From NCBI GenBank assembly GCA_050261335.1, contig JBLNDE010000058.1:102968-166967 (forward strand): a stretch of 64,000 bases of DNA, given 5' to 3'. The stretch is from Bacillota bacterium (GTDB lineage: Bacteria > Bacillota > SHA-98 > UBA4971). The position numbers and the translations under genes are program-made. Positions 26,029-35,904 of the stretch are shown in pieces (positions within the stretch are counted from its first letter, which is position 1; the number at the start of each line of letters is the position of its first letter). The notes under the pieces were generated by a model. It made no database searches, was not told the DNA's origin, and worked only from the letters and a program-made list of their open reading frames with translations.

Positions 26029-27003
26029 GTGCTGGCTGCATACAAGACTGTCGGCGACGACCTTGCAAAGACCGACGCCATAGGCGAAAAGGGCACCTGG
26101 GTGAGCCTTCTTGGCCCTACGGAGGAGGAGATACTCCGGACCCACAAAGAGCTGAACGTGTTGCTGGACTTCCTGCGGGCGCCCCTCGACGAGGAGGAGC
26201 GGCCCCGGATCGAGTCCGACGAAGGACAGGTGCTGGTCCTCATAAACGTCCCGATAGCCATGGGGAACGGCGACCCTGTGCTATACGATACGATCCCGGT
26301 AGGCATCATCATCACCGAGGACAACATCGTCACCGTGTGCCTCCAGGAGAACCCCATCCTCGCAGAGTTCGCCTGCGCGAAGCCCAGGACGCTCTACACC
26401 TTCAAGAAGACGCGGTTCCTTCTGCAGCTTCTCTTCAAGACAGCCGGGCTTTACCTGAGGTACCTGCGGCAGATCGACAAGCAGACCAGCGAGATCGAGG
26501 CGCGGCTTCACCGCTCGATGAAGAACGAGGAGCTTGTAAAGCTGCTCAACCTCGAGAAGAGCCTCGTGTTCTTCAGCACGTCCCTCAAGTCGAACGAGAT
26601 CGTCATGGAGAAACTGCTCAGGCTCTACCTCGTGAGAGCCGACGCCGGCGCACATGCCACGACTAGGGTGCTCAGGGCCTATCCCGAGGACGAGGACCTG
26701 CTCGAGGACGTCATAACCGAGAACAAGCAGGCCATCGAGATGGCGGACATATACACTAGCATCCTGACGGGCATGATGGACGCGTTCGCCTCGATGATAT
26801 CCAACAACCTCAACATCGTCATGAAATTCCTGACATCCGTGACGATAGTCCTGTCCATCCCGACCATTGTGGCAAGCTTCTACGGGATGAACGTCTCTCT
26901 CCCGTTCCAGCGCTCGCCTTACGCATTTCTCGGCACCATGGCCGTCTCTTTCGCAGCGAGCCTGACCGCGGTGATTCTGCTGGTGAGGAGAAGGATGTTC
27001 TAG
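26029..27003 (+). CDS. corA: CorA-family magnesium/cobalt transporter
   Basis: C-terminal two TM helices with FYGMNV motif; GAGGGAGGGG RBS before GTG 26029; ORF opens at 25960. Confidence 0.8.
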   Translation: MLAAYKTVGDDLAKTDAIGEKGTWVSLLGPTEEEILRTHKELNVLLDFLRAPLDEEERPRIESDEGQVLVLINVPIAMGNGDPVLYDTIPVGIIITEDNIVTVCLQENPILAEFACAKPRTLYTFKKTRFLLQLLFKTAGLYLRYLRQIDKQTSEIEARLHRSMKNEELVKLLNLEKSLVFFSTSLKSNEIVMEKLLRLYLVRADAGAHATTRVLRAYPEDEDLLEDVITENKQAIEMADIYTSILTGMMDAFASMISNNLNIVMKFLTSVTIVLSIPTIVASFYGMNVSLPFQRSPYAFLGTMAVSFAASLTAVILLVRRRMF

Positions 27004-27461
27004 GCATGGCGTCATGAGTCTGCGCCGCATCTCCTGCCGGTGTCGGGGTTGTCGATGCCCGAGCAGCCGGTTGCGGGCCGCGGTGTAGACTGGTAGGACA
27101 ATCGGTTTCCAGCGGCGCTGGCCGGAGACTGTCCCGAGACTGTCTTGGAACTATCCCCGCCTTGTCCTCAACAGGCCTACGCAAACTGACAGACTTATGG
27201 TATCATATAGCTAATAGAGCGGCGTTGGAAACGCACCCAGAGTATGGAACTATACTCGGCTGGCGCCGGAAGCATGTTTCGGCAGCGCGGAAGCAGCGAG
27301 CGGTACCCTGTCCCGCAAGACCGTACAGGCTTCAAGGGATCTCGAGTCGATTGCGACCGCGCGTTGCGCACGTGAATGCGGCCTGACAATCGAGCCCTAC
27401 ACGGGCTTGCGAGGCACAGTAGCAGGGGCAGGCCCTCGGGAGAGCAGGGGGGAGACGGGGA

Positions 27462-28700
27462 GTGGGCACGGCTCGAGGTTTGCTACGTGAGTCAAGGATC
27501 TTCTCATCCGACGTTTCCGGGATTGTGTGGCGCAGCCTTGACTGCTTGCTTCAAAGGAGGGGCGGAGCGGCGATTGTGCTGGTGCTTCTGCTGACGGTCG
27601 CATGTTCCGTCCCAGGCCGGGCCGCGCTGGTCGCGGGCTCCCTTGCGGTGCTGGCCGGATGCGTCCGCGGCGGAGCGCGCAGCGGGCTTGCCTTCGCGGC
27701 GATCACGGTGGTGGCGGCCGGCGCTTGCGGGGTTGTGCGGTACGGCGCCCTGCCTGGCGGTCTTCTGCTAGATGCCCTGGTGCTTGTTTCATTCGCCACC
27801 GTCTTCGGGAGCCTCGTGGACTCCACCCGCAGCCGTGTTGCACTTCCCGTTGAGGAGCCGGAGGGGCGACAGGCGTACGACGCTCTCGTGAACCTCATGC
27901 AGGAGGGAATGGTCCTGGTGGACCTCAAGGAGAATATCGTCTTCGTCAACAGCGCTTTCGCGCACATGCTCGGATATGCCTCCGACGAGCTGGTCGGCAG
28001 GAACCTCGCGGAGCTTACCTCGCCGGACCAATACCGGGTTTACAGGGAGAAAACGAAGCAGCGTAAGAAGGGGCGCTCCGACAGATACGAGTCGAAGATG
28101 TTCAGGAAGGACGGCGAGGTCGTGGACGTTCTCGTCTCGGCGACGCCGTTCGTTGCGTCGGACGGGACTGTGAAAGGCACGATAGGGGTCTTCTGGGACA
28201 TCACCGATCGCAAGAAAGAGGAAGAGGAACTCAAGTACCTGAGCACGCACGACGGGCTGACCGGCGTGTACAACAGGGCCCACTTCGAACATGAGATGAA
28301 AAGGCTCGACGCCGAGCATTACCTTCCGGTCTCCATGATAATGTGCGATGTGGACAACCTCAAGCAGGTGAACGACGCCCACGGCCATGCGGCCGGTGAC
28401 CACACACTGAAACGGGCCGGAGAGATCGTGCGGAGCGCCGTCCGCGCGTCCGACATCGTAGCGCGCATCGGCGGGGACGAGTTCGCGGTTCTCCTGCCCT
28501 ACACAAACGCCAACGCCGCCAGGGCCATCCGCGAGCGGATCCGTCAGCGCGCGGCTCTCGCAAGCGACCTCCTGACCAGCCTGTCCCTCGGCGCAGCGAC
28601 CAGGGACAGCATGAACATGAGCATGGCGCAGCTTTTCAAGGGCGCCGACGACGCCATGTACGTCGAGAAGCCCAAGTCAACCCGCGCCTATGCGACATGA
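27462..28700 (+). CDS. membrane-anchored PAS-GGDEF diguanylate cyclase
   Basis: N-terminal TM segments, PAS-like region, intact GGDEF active site (RIGGDEFAVLL) with RxxD I-site (RASD); exact start uncertain. Confidence 0.75.
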   Translation: MGTARGLLRESRIFSSDVSGIVWRSLDCLLQRRGGAAIVLVLLLTVACSVPGRAALVAGSLAVLAGCVRGGARSGLAFAAITVVAAGACGVVRYGALPGGLLLDALVLVSFATVFGSLVDSTRSRVALPVEEPEGRQAYDALVNLMQEGMVLVDLKENIVFVNSAFAHMLGYASDELVGRNLAELTSPDQYRVYREKTKQRKKGRSDRYESKMFRKDGEVVDVLVSATPFVASDGTVKGTIGVFWDITDRKKEEEELKYLSTHDGLTGVYNRAHFEHEMKRLDAEHYLPVSMIMCDVDNLKQVNDAHGHAAGDHTLKRAGEIVRSAVRASDIVARIGGDEFAVLLPYTNANAARAIRERIRQRAALASDLLTSLSLGAATRDSMNMSMAQLFKGADDAMYVEKPKSTRAYAT

Positions 28701-28743
28701 CCGCACATGACGGTCCGCGGGCACCGGGTGTTGTGCCCATGGC

Positions 28744-30342
28744 CTATGTGGCGTGCCCGCGCCTTAGGACGCGGCCGGGCGCAAGGCCCGTGTGCTCGCC
28801 GCGCTCGATGACGGGCCGTCCGGCCACGAGCACCCAGTCTATTCCCACGGGATAGCGGTGAGGGTCATCGTAGGTGGCGGTGTCGGCCACTTCGTCCGGG
28901 TCGAAAACGACGAGGTCCGCGACCATCCCTGGGCGGATCACGCCCCGGTCGAACAACCCGATTCGCTGGGCCGGAAGCGACGTCATCTTCCGGACGGCCT
29001 CCTCCAGCCGCAGGATGCCGCGCTCCCGCACGTATCGCGCCAGCACCCTCGGGAACGTCCCGTAGCTCCTCGGATGTGGCTTGCCCCTGCCGAGCGGGCC
29101 GTAAGGTGCCCGCACCGACGCGTCGCTCCCGACGGACGCCCCGGGCCAGGCCAGCACGTATTCCACGTCGTCCTCGCACATGCCGAACCGCACCGTCTGC
29201 ACGGCCGCCGACTCGTCAATGATAAGGTCCAGCGCAGCGGCGAACGGATCCTTCCCGGTCATCGCCGCGACCTCCGCCAGGTTCCTGCCCTCGAAGCACT
29301 TGTTGCGCTCCTTCGTGACAGACGATATCACCGTCTTGTCCCAGCCGCGCTTTCGGCCCTCCTCTTCCTCCACGAGCGGGCGGATACACTCGCGCACCGA
29401 CCCGTCTTTGAGCCTTTCGATGGCCCTGTCGAGCCCGCCGTCGAATATCCACTGGGGCAATATGACCGAGAGGCCCGTGGATGACGCCGTGTAAGGGTAT
29501 ACGTCGCAGGCTACGTCCACACCGCGCGCCCTCGCCCTGCGCATGAGGTCGATGGTCGTGCGGACCTTGCCCCAGTTCTGGACGCCCCCTGACTTGTGGT
29601 GGGACACCTGGACCGGTACCCCGGCCCTCTCGCCGACGGAGATGGCTTCCTCCACCGCCTCAATTACCCTGTCTTCCTCGTAGCGGATGTGGCTTGCGTA
29701 GATGCCTCCCGCATCGGCGGCGACGCGCGCGAGGTCGACGATCTCGTCGGTGGACGCGTAGCACGACGGCGGGTAGATGAGGCCCGTGGACAGGCCCCAC
29801 GCGCCCTCAGCCATGGCCTGTGCCACCAGGGACTTCATGCGCTCCATCTCCTCGCGCGACGGGGCCCGCTCGACGCACCCCATGACGGCCCGCCTCACGG
29901 TGCCGTGGCCGACGAGGGACGCGATGTTCACAGCGGTGGTGGACTCCTCGACGAACCTCAAGTATTCGCCGAACGACCTCCAGCGCACGTCGATCCCGGT
30001 ATCCTCGAGGTCACGCCTTATGTCGGCGTGCGCCTCGCCTTCCAGCGGCGCGAGGGAGTACCCGCAATTGCCGACGACCTCAGAGGTCACTCCCTGGCGG
30101 ACCTTGCTCTCGGCGCGCGGGTTCACGAGGATGGTGTCGTCGGAGTGGGAGTGGATGTCGATGAAGCCCGGGGCCACGACGCGCCCGTCAGCGTCGATGA
30201 CGTGGGCACCCGGCGCCGCGTCGAGATGTCTTCCGACGCGGGCTATCCTGTCGCCCGCGATCTCCACGTCTCCCAGGAACCACGGCGCGCCGGTCCCATC
30301 GACGATCCTCGCACCCCGGATGACGACCCTCTCTTCCGGCAT
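28744..30342 (-). CDS. N-acyl-D-amino-acid deacylase (D-aminoacylase) family amidohydrolase
   Basis: MPEERVVIRGARIVDGTG...IDIHSHSD; AGGGAGG RBS before ATG 30342. Confidence 0.8.
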   Translation of the reverse strand: MPEERVVIRGARIVDGTGAPWFLGDVEIAGDRIARVGRHLDAAPGAHVIDADGRVVAPGFIDIHSHSDDTILVNPRAESKVRQGVTSEVVGNCGYSLAPLEGEAHADIRRDLEDTGIDVRWRSFGEYLRFVEESTTAVNIASLVGHGTVRRAVMGCVERAPSREEMERMKSLVAQAMAEGAWGLSTGLIYPPSCYASTDEIVDLARVAADAGGIYASHIRYEEDRVIEAVEEAISVGERAGVPVQVSHHKSGGVQNWGKVRTTIDLMRRARARGVDVACDVYPYTASSTGLSVILPQWIFDGGLDRAIERLKDGSVRECIRPLVEEEEGRKRGWDKTVISSVTKERNKCFEGRNLAEVAAMTGKDPFAAALDLIIDESAAVQTVRFGMCEDDVEYVLAWPGASVGSDASVRAPYGPLGRGKPHPRSYGTFPRVLARYVRERGILRLEEAVRKMTSLPAQRIGLFDRGVIRPGMVADLVVFDPDEVADTATYDDPHRYPVGIDWVLVAGRPVIERGEHTGLAPGRVLRRGHAT

Positions 30343-30349
30343 GACCTCC

Positions 30350-31696
30350 CTACCTCCTCTCGAGCAACTCCAGGACAACGTCGACCATCAGCGCGACCCC
30401 GGTGGCCATGGCGTCCTCGTCGAAGTCGAACTTCGGGTGGTGCGCCGGGTAGCGCGCGCCCTTCTCGGGGTTGCCGGCACCCAGCATGAACATGACGCCG
30501 GGTACCTCCTGGAGGAAATACGCGAAATCCTCCCCTCCCATCGAAGGCTCGATGTCCTCGATGACGCGCCTTTTGCCCAGCATCTTCCTGGCGCTGTCGG
30601 CCACGATCGCCGCCACCCTCTCGTCGTTCACGAGGGGCGGGTAGCCTGGCGAATACGTGAACTCGAACGCGGCGCCGGCGCTTCGGGTAACCCCGTCGAG
30701 CGTCCGCCTGATGATGTCAGGGATGGTCTTTCGCAGCGCCGGGTTCAGAGTCCGGACCGTGCCGCTCATCGTGACCTTGTCCGCGATGACGTTATGGCGG
30801 TAGCCGCCGGAGATGGTTCCGATGGTGAGGACCACCGGCTCAACGGGGTTCACCTGACGGCTGACGATGGACTGGAGCGCCGTCACCGCCTGGGCTGCCA
30901 CGACGATGGCGTCCACGGACCTGTGGGGCGCCGCGCCGTGGCCCCCCTCGCCCCTGATGGTGATGGTGATGCTGTCCGCGGCCGCCATGACCGGGCCGCC
31001 CTTCACCGCGATCACACCGGTGGGTAGGTCTGGCCAGAGGTGCGTCGCGACGATGGCGCACACATCAGGGTCGGAAAGCGCGCCGTCCCTTATCATCGGC
31101 TCAGCGCCGCCCGGCCCCTCCTCGGCAGGCTGGAATATCAGCTTCACGCTCCCCGTGAACTCTCCCGCAAGCGAAGAGAGCAGCTTCGCCGCTCCGAGGA
31201 GCATCGCGACATGGCCGTCGTGGCCGCAGGCGTGCATAACGCCTGGCACCCGAGATCTGTAATCGACGTCCTTGCGGTCCTCGATGGGAAGCGCGTCCAT
31301 GTCAGCACGAAGCGCAACGCAGGGTCCCGCGGTGGAGCCGCATCGCGGTCCGCTGCCGGGGCCGATGCCAGGGCCAGGATGGGGCGTAGCGCCGGCGCAG
31401 GCGCCGCCGTAACCAGCTGCGCCTGGGGCGGTGTCGTCCCTGGAGCAGGAACCCGGGGCGGGTCTGGCCCCGAGACCCCGGACCACACCGACCACGCCCG
31501 TTCCGCCGACCGCCTCCCTCACGCTCGCCCCAAGCTCACACAGCTTGGACGCAACCATTCCTGCCGTACGTCGCTCCTCGCCGCCGAGTTCGGGGTTCAT
31601 GTGAAGGTCGCGCCGCACGGCGATCATCTGGGGAAGCAGGTCGTTCGCCATGGCGAGAAGCGTGCGTCTTCTGGACCTCGCTCTGCCGTCTGTCAT
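30350..31696 (-). CDS. M20-family amidohydrolase/peptidase (hippurate hydrolase / N-acyl-L-amino-acid amidohydrolase-like) with low-complexity insert
   Basis: M20D motifs (HACGHD, metal ligands); ~60-aa G/P/A-rich insertion; GGAGGT RBS before ATG 31696 (alternative ATG 31651). Confidence 0.75.
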   Translation of the reverse strand: MTDGRARSRRRTLLAMANDLLPQMIAVRRDLHMNPELGGEERRTAGMVASKLCELGASVREAVGGTGVVGVVRGLGARPAPGSCSRDDTAPGAAGYGGACAGATPHPGPGIGPGSGPRCGSTAGPCVALRADMDALPIEDRKDVDYRSRVPGVMHACGHDGHVAMLLGAAKLLSSLAGEFTGSVKLIFQPAEEGPGGAEPMIRDGALSDPDVCAIVATHLWPDLPTGVIAVKGGPVMAAADSITITIRGEGGHGAAPHRSVDAIVVAAQAVTALQSIVSRQVNPVEPVVLTIGTISGGYRHNVIADKVTMSGTVRTLNPALRKTIPDIIRRTLDGVTRSAGAAFEFTYSPGYPPLVNDERVAAIVADSARKMLGKRRVIEDIEPSMGGEDFAYFLQEVPGVMFMLGAGNPEKGARYPAHHPKFDFDEDAMATGVALMVDVVLELLERR

Positions 31697-31715
31697 GGCT
31701 TGCCAATACCTCCGC

Positions 31716-32540
31716 TTACTGCAAAGTCTCGCCCGCAAGCGTGATGGCGGCCCTCATCGCTTTGAACACCGTGATATAGTCGTCCGCGGCGAACTTCACC
31801 GCTCTCGGGCCGATCCGTTCCACGCCCGGGATAAGCTCCGCCATGTCAGCCATACCGGTATTGTTCACATGCAGCTCGAGACATACTGGCGGATGCACCT
31901 CGAAACAGGCGACGGACCCCAGGCCCGCAAGGGCCTTCTTCGCCCCATCCCTGATGAGTGCCTGCGCCTTCTCTGGGTGCAGGGACCTTGCGGCGTACCG
32001 GCCTATCGCCTCCTTGACGGCCACAGTCACGACACCCGGGATGAGGCCCCTGGCCTGCTGGACGACGGCGGTATCGCCGCTCACCATGGCGACAGGGACT
32101 CCGAAGTAGCCTGCCACGGCGGCGTTGATCCCCGTTTCACCAAGTTCCATGCTGTTGATGACCGCCCGCGACACCACGCGCCCCGCGTAGGTGTGGTCCA
32201 GCACGGCGTCCTGGGTGCCGCACGCGGCGTGGTAACCGACGAACAGCGCGGCATCGAAGGTATCGTCTATGCCCTCCATCATGCTGAGGGGCTTGGGCGT
32301 GCCGGATATGAGGTAGGCGTCTCTATGAAGTCTTTCAGGGAGTATATTGCGCATGGTACCGTGCGAGTCGTTGACCACTATCTCGGTCGCACCCGCCTCC
32401 ATGGCGCCCGCTATGGCCGCGTTCACCTCCTCGGTCATGAGGAGACGCGCCCGTTCGTGCTCCTTGCCGTCTCTCATGGTGTGCTCGGCGTGGGTGACCC
32501 CGGCCACGCCCTCCAGGTCGGCTGAAATGTACACCTTCAT
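31716..32540 (-). CDS. dppA: D-aminopeptidase DppA (peptidase M55)
   Basis: MKVYISADLEGVAGV...VNDSHG matches M55; AAGGGGG RBS before ATG 32540. Confidence 0.8.
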   Translation of the reverse strand: MKVYISADLEGVAGVTHAEHTMRDGKEHERARLLMTEEVNAAIAGAMEAGATEIVVNDSHGTMRNILPERLHRDAYLISGTPKPLSMMEGIDDTFDAALFVGYHAACGTQDAVLDHTYAGRVVSRAVINSMELGETGINAAVAGYFGVPVAMVSGDTAVVQQARGLIPGVVTVAVKEAIGRYAARSLHPEKAQALIRDGAKKALAGLGSVACFEVHPPVCLELHVNNTGMADMAELIPGVERIGPRAVKFAADDYITVFKAMRAAITLAGETLQ

Positions 32541-32787
32541 CGCGTATACCCCCTTGTCCGCGGTAATGACCGCTCGTTCCCAGTTGCGGCCGAGTGCGAG
32601 TCCGGAGATGACCGCCGCTTTGCAGCAGATTCGCGGTGCCGGCACGGCGCCTGCACTCCGCGGGCCGCACGCTTGCGGCGCCCTTTGTTGGATCTGGCGC
32701 CTCAGGCAGATCGAGTCCGAAGCCCCATGTGGTGCAAACGCTGGTCTCGAATTCATCACCGGGCTGGTACGGACTTCTAAACCCCAC

Positions 32788-33840
32788 TCACGACCTTAGT
32801 TCGAACTCCGGGACGATCTCGCCCACGATGTCGCCCCGATGGTTCAGCACATGGGGATGATGATGCGCGGCGAGCGCCTGGAGCTGCCTTTGGTCGAGGA
32901 CCCCCAGGCGTGCCAGCACCTCGAGCACCACCGGGCCCGCGGCTCTTACGTTGCCGTCCTCGATCTTCACGGCGACGCCGATACCTCGATCGAGGACGCC
33001 GATGCAGTACACTCCCTCAGCTCCGCTCTTTGCCACGAGCCGATCCCCGGCCACCTCCATGAGGGCGGTGGTGAGCCTGCCGCGCCCCGCCACCATGTGG
33101 GGATACGCCCGCATGGCGCTACAGACGCGTCGCGCCCCCGCGGCCGCAGCGCCCCCTGGCAGGCGGTCAGGGCGGACGAGCGTTGCGAACGCCCTCGCCA
33201 TGGCTGCCAGGGGAAGCCCGAAGACCGGCACCCCGCAGCCATCCACGCCGATGGCGATGGCATCCGCGGGCACGCCCGCAAAGAGCGATACCTCACGGAG
33301 CATCAAGCGCTGCACGGGATGGTCCGGCCGGAAGTAGCCTTCGATGGGGTAGCCCATGTGGACGGCCACGGCGAGCATGGCCGCATGCTTGCCCGAGCAG
33401 TTGCAGTGGAGTTGCCACGGCGCGACGCCGCACGCGAGAAGATTCCTGGCCGATCCTGCGTCGAGCGGCGGATGCACCCCGCAGGCAAGGGCGGAATCGG
33501 TGAGGCCGAGTTTCCGTAATATGCCTGCGACCGTTCGAATGTGGACATCCTCGCCACTATGAGATGCACACATGACGGCGATCTCGCAGTCCTCGAACGC
33601 GAAGCGCTCCGCGGCCCCGGTCTCGATGACCGGCACCGCCTGTATGGGCTTGGCGCTCGACCGCCAGTAACTCACCTTTCCCGGGTCTCCGACCCAAAAT
33701 AAAACGCGGCCCGCACTGTCGGCAACCGCCACGTCAGCCCTGTGGACGCTTTCGACAATGGGCCCGCGCGTCACCTTAACGGCCGGCTCTGACAACAAGA
33801 CCACCTTCCTGCTGTGTTGCGATCGGCGCCTGACGCCCAA
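32788..33840 (-). CDS. asparaginase-like protein (Asparaginase_II / PF06089 family)
   Basis: ~350-aa soluble protein with family-like conserved blocks (HSGE..H, GxDGCGVP); assignment from memory of the family signature. Confidence 0.55.
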   Translation of the reverse strand: MGVRRRSQHSRKVVLLSEPAVKVTRGPIVESVHRADVAVADSAGRVLFWVGDPGKVSYWRSSAKPIQAVPVIETGAAERFAFEDCEIAVMCASHSGEDVHIRTVAGILRKLGLTDSALACGVHPPLDAGSARNLLACGVAPWQLHCNCSGKHAAMLAVAVHMGYPIEGYFRPDHPVQRLMLREVSLFAGVPADAIAIGVDGCGVPVFGLPLAAMARAFATLVRPDRLPGGAAAAGARRVCSAMRAYPHMVAGRGRLTTALMEVAGDRLVAKSGAEGVYCIGVLDRGIGVAVKIEDGNVRAAGPVVLEVLARLGVLDQRQLQALAAHHHPHVLNHRGDIVGEIVPEFELRS

Positions 33841-33879
33841 CGCCTGAGCATACCGCGATAAGCCTTGAGCGCCGAATTC

Positions 33880-33995
33880 GAACGCATCTCACCGCACGCG
33901 CCGTCCCCGGAGTGCGACACGGGCAACTCTGGATAGAGCCTGCGCGCTGAAAAGTAGCGCGAAATGGTGGCGATCTACTTAGCGCCTTGCGGCCG
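33880..33995. repeat. dispersed repeat family 3, copy F1
   Basis: See 25585-25700. Confidence 0.55.
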
Positions 33996-34764
33996 CCTCA
34001 GCCACGAACGTCTCGAATATCTCGAGCATCGCCGGATGCGCGCGTGTCATGCACTCCGGGTGCCACTGCACGCCCACGACGAAGAGGTCATGGGCGGACT
34101 CTACGCCCTCGATCACCCCGTCGGTGGCGCGAGCCGAAACCAGGAATCCCGGCGCGACCTCGCGCACGGCCTGGTGGTGGAAGGAGTTCACGGAGACCTC
34201 ACCCGCGCCTACCATCCCCGCCAGCTTGGAATGGCGCTCCACGACGACCTTGTGGCTTGCGTGGTATCGCGGCGCGTCCTGCTTATGCTTGATGGCCCCG
34301 TTCACCTGCGACGCGATGTCCTGGTAGAGGGTACCGCCCATGGCGACGTTGAGGACCTGGATGCCCCTGCAGATCGCGAGGATCGGCGTGCCCGCCTGGA
34401 TGGCCGCTCGCACGAGGGCAAGCTCGAACGCGTCACGCTCCGGGTCGATGTGCCCGAGGCACGGGTGAGGGTCCTCGCCGAAGTGCCTGGGGTCGAGGTC
34501 GGCTCCGCCTGTGAGGAGTATGCCGCCGAGGGTGCCGGCAAGACGGACCGCGGACTCGCCGTCGTCGCATGTGGCAGGCAGGATCACAGCATCACCGCCG
34601 GCCCTGGCGAGGGCATAGATGTAATCGTGGGATAAGGTATACCTCTTCGATTCGCCGGTTTCGTTCGGACCAGAACTCGAACACGTTACGCCGACGAGCG
34701 GTCGCAATCCCGGTCCCCCTCTCGTGACACGCGCGCGAGCCGTGAGCGCCGGGTGACGCGTCAC
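33979..34764 (-). CDS. class-I glutamine amidotransferase-like peptidase C26 (gamma-glutamyl hydrolase PuuD-like)
   Basis: Cys-His catalytic region (LAICRGIQVLN...WHPE); start codon uncertain. Confidence 0.75.
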   Translation of the reverse strand: MTRHPALTARARVTRGGPGLRPLVGVTCSSSGPNETGESKRYTLSHDYIYALARAGGDAVILPATCDDGESAVRLAGTLGGILLTGGADLDPRHFGEDPHPCLGHIDPERDAFELALVRAAIQAGTPILAICRGIQVLNVAMGGTLYQDIASQVNGAIKHKQDAPRYHASHKVVVERHSKLAGMVGAGEVSVNSFHHQAVREVAPGFLVSARATDGVIEGVESAHDLFVVGVQWHPECMTRAHPAMLEIFETFVAEAAARR

Positions 34765-34894
34765 TCTGGACTATATTCGCCTGGACAGGCCAAACTCCTC
34801 CGGGGAAGGCGAGGAAAAGTATCCATGGTGAGGATGCGAAGCCCGCGCAGCCATGCTGCAAGCCGCGGTTCCAGCGGGCCTCGCGTGACCGGCG

Positions 34895-35254
34895 CTACAT
34901 CTCCACGAGGCCGAGGCTGATCTCGAGGGCTCTTTCGACCCGGTCCATCGTGACCGGGTCAAGGTGGGAAACCTTCTCGATGAGTCTGCGGCGGTCTATC
35001 GTCCGCAGCTGCTCGAGAAGGATGACCGAATCCATCGGCAGTCTGCTCTTGCTCGAATGCAGTTCGACGTGGGTGGGAAGCCGCGCCTTGTCGATGCGCG
35101 AGGTGATGGCCGCCACGATCGTGGTGGGGCTGTACCGATTCCCGATGTCGTTCTGGAGGATCAGGACTGGCCTCGTGCCGCCCTGCTCCGAGCCGATGAC
35201 GGGGTTCAGGTCCGCGTAGAAGATGTCGCCGCGCCTAAGCTCCTTCGGTTCCAT
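34895..35254 (-). CDS. mazF: MazF/PemK-family endoribonuclease toxin
   Basis: [52 protein letters not shown] typical of MazF/PemK. Confidence 0.85.
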   Translation of the reverse strand: MEPKELRRGDIFYADLNPVIGSEQGGTRPVLILQNDIGNRYSPTTIVAAITSRIDKARLPTHVELHSSKSRLPMDSVILLEQLRTIDRRRLIEKVSHLDPVTMDRVERALEISLGLVEM

Positions 35255-35504
35255 TGCTGCGCGCCAGGACCTCCTCGTAGAGGGCGAGGGCCTCGTTCTC
35301 CACTGCCACGGCTTCGCCGGCAAGCTCGAGGTTCAGCCCGGCCATCTTCCGGTAGCCCTCCTTCAGCCTTTCGCGCAGTTCCAGCCTGCGCTTCTCCTCG
35401 ATGTAGCGTCGCATGGCCTCCCGTATGAACTCGCTCCGGTTCCGCTTCTCCTGCCTTGCGATCCCATCAACCTCCTGCAAAAGGCTATCCGGCAGGGTGA
35501 TCAT
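35235..35504 (-). CDS. mazE: ribbon-helix-helix (CopG/MazE-like) antitoxin
   Basis: [37 protein letters not shown]; AGGAGGATC RBS abutting ATG 35504; overlaps toxin start by 20 nt. Confidence 0.8.
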   Translation of the reverse strand: MITLPDSLLQEVDGIARQEKRNRSEFIREAMRRYIEEKRRLELRERLKEGYRKMAGLNLELAGEAVAVENEALALYEEVLARSNGTEGA

Positions 35505-35584
35505 GATCCTCCTGACCTGCTGGGCCACGGCAACCCCTCCGCTCGCTCGGGCACTATAATATATACTATAGTCTACACCGAGAT

Positions 35585-35622
35585 TATATACATGCCTAGG
35601 AAAACCTGTCAACGACGTATAT
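35585..35622 (-). promoter_or_regulatory. sigmaA-type promoter (TTGACA-16-TATATAAT) for mazEF, followed by a short ACTATAGT...ATAGT palindrome
   Basis: Minus-strand sequence cgtcgTTGACAggttttcctaggcatgTATATAATctcggtgtagactatagtatatattatagtg. Confidence 0.5.
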
Positions 35623-35639
35623 GGGCGCGAGCATGAGCA

Positions 35640-35705
35640 TGGGCATGAACATGAGCATGAGCATGGGTGCGAGGAAGGGCATGGGTGAGTCGACATGGGT
35701 CTGTG
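35640..35705. repeat. imperfect hexanucleotide microsatellite (GAGCAT/GGGCAT)n, ~10 units
   Basis: gagcatgagcatgggcatgaacatgagcatgagcatgggtgcgaggaagggcatgggtgag in a non-coding spacer. Confidence 0.8.
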
Positions 35706-35904
35706 CGCGTGGATCTGTGGGCCAGGGCCGGTGGGCGTGACCTGTGAGCATGGCCTGTCCGCATGAAAAACGCACCCCCGCGTCGCCAGGTCTGCACGAC
35801 GCCGCGTCTCCACGTGCTCGTGTGCGCATCGTCATTGTGGATTCTCCGGTTATGCGTGTGGTATAATCTGCTTGAATTCGCCCTTCGTGCGGGAGGTTCC
35901 GCTG

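Noticed and set aside
27789-28403. 204-aa minus-strand ORF
   Set aside because: Antisense to the PAS-GGDEF gene (intact GGDEF motif on the plus strand).
32740-32790. Possible tRNA-like sequence (ggtctcgaattcatcaccgggctggtacggacttctaaacccc)
   Set aside because: No cloverleaf can be drawn: there are no acceptor/T-arm complementarities and no GTTC-type T-loop. No tRNA or rRNA genes were recognised anywhere in the window.
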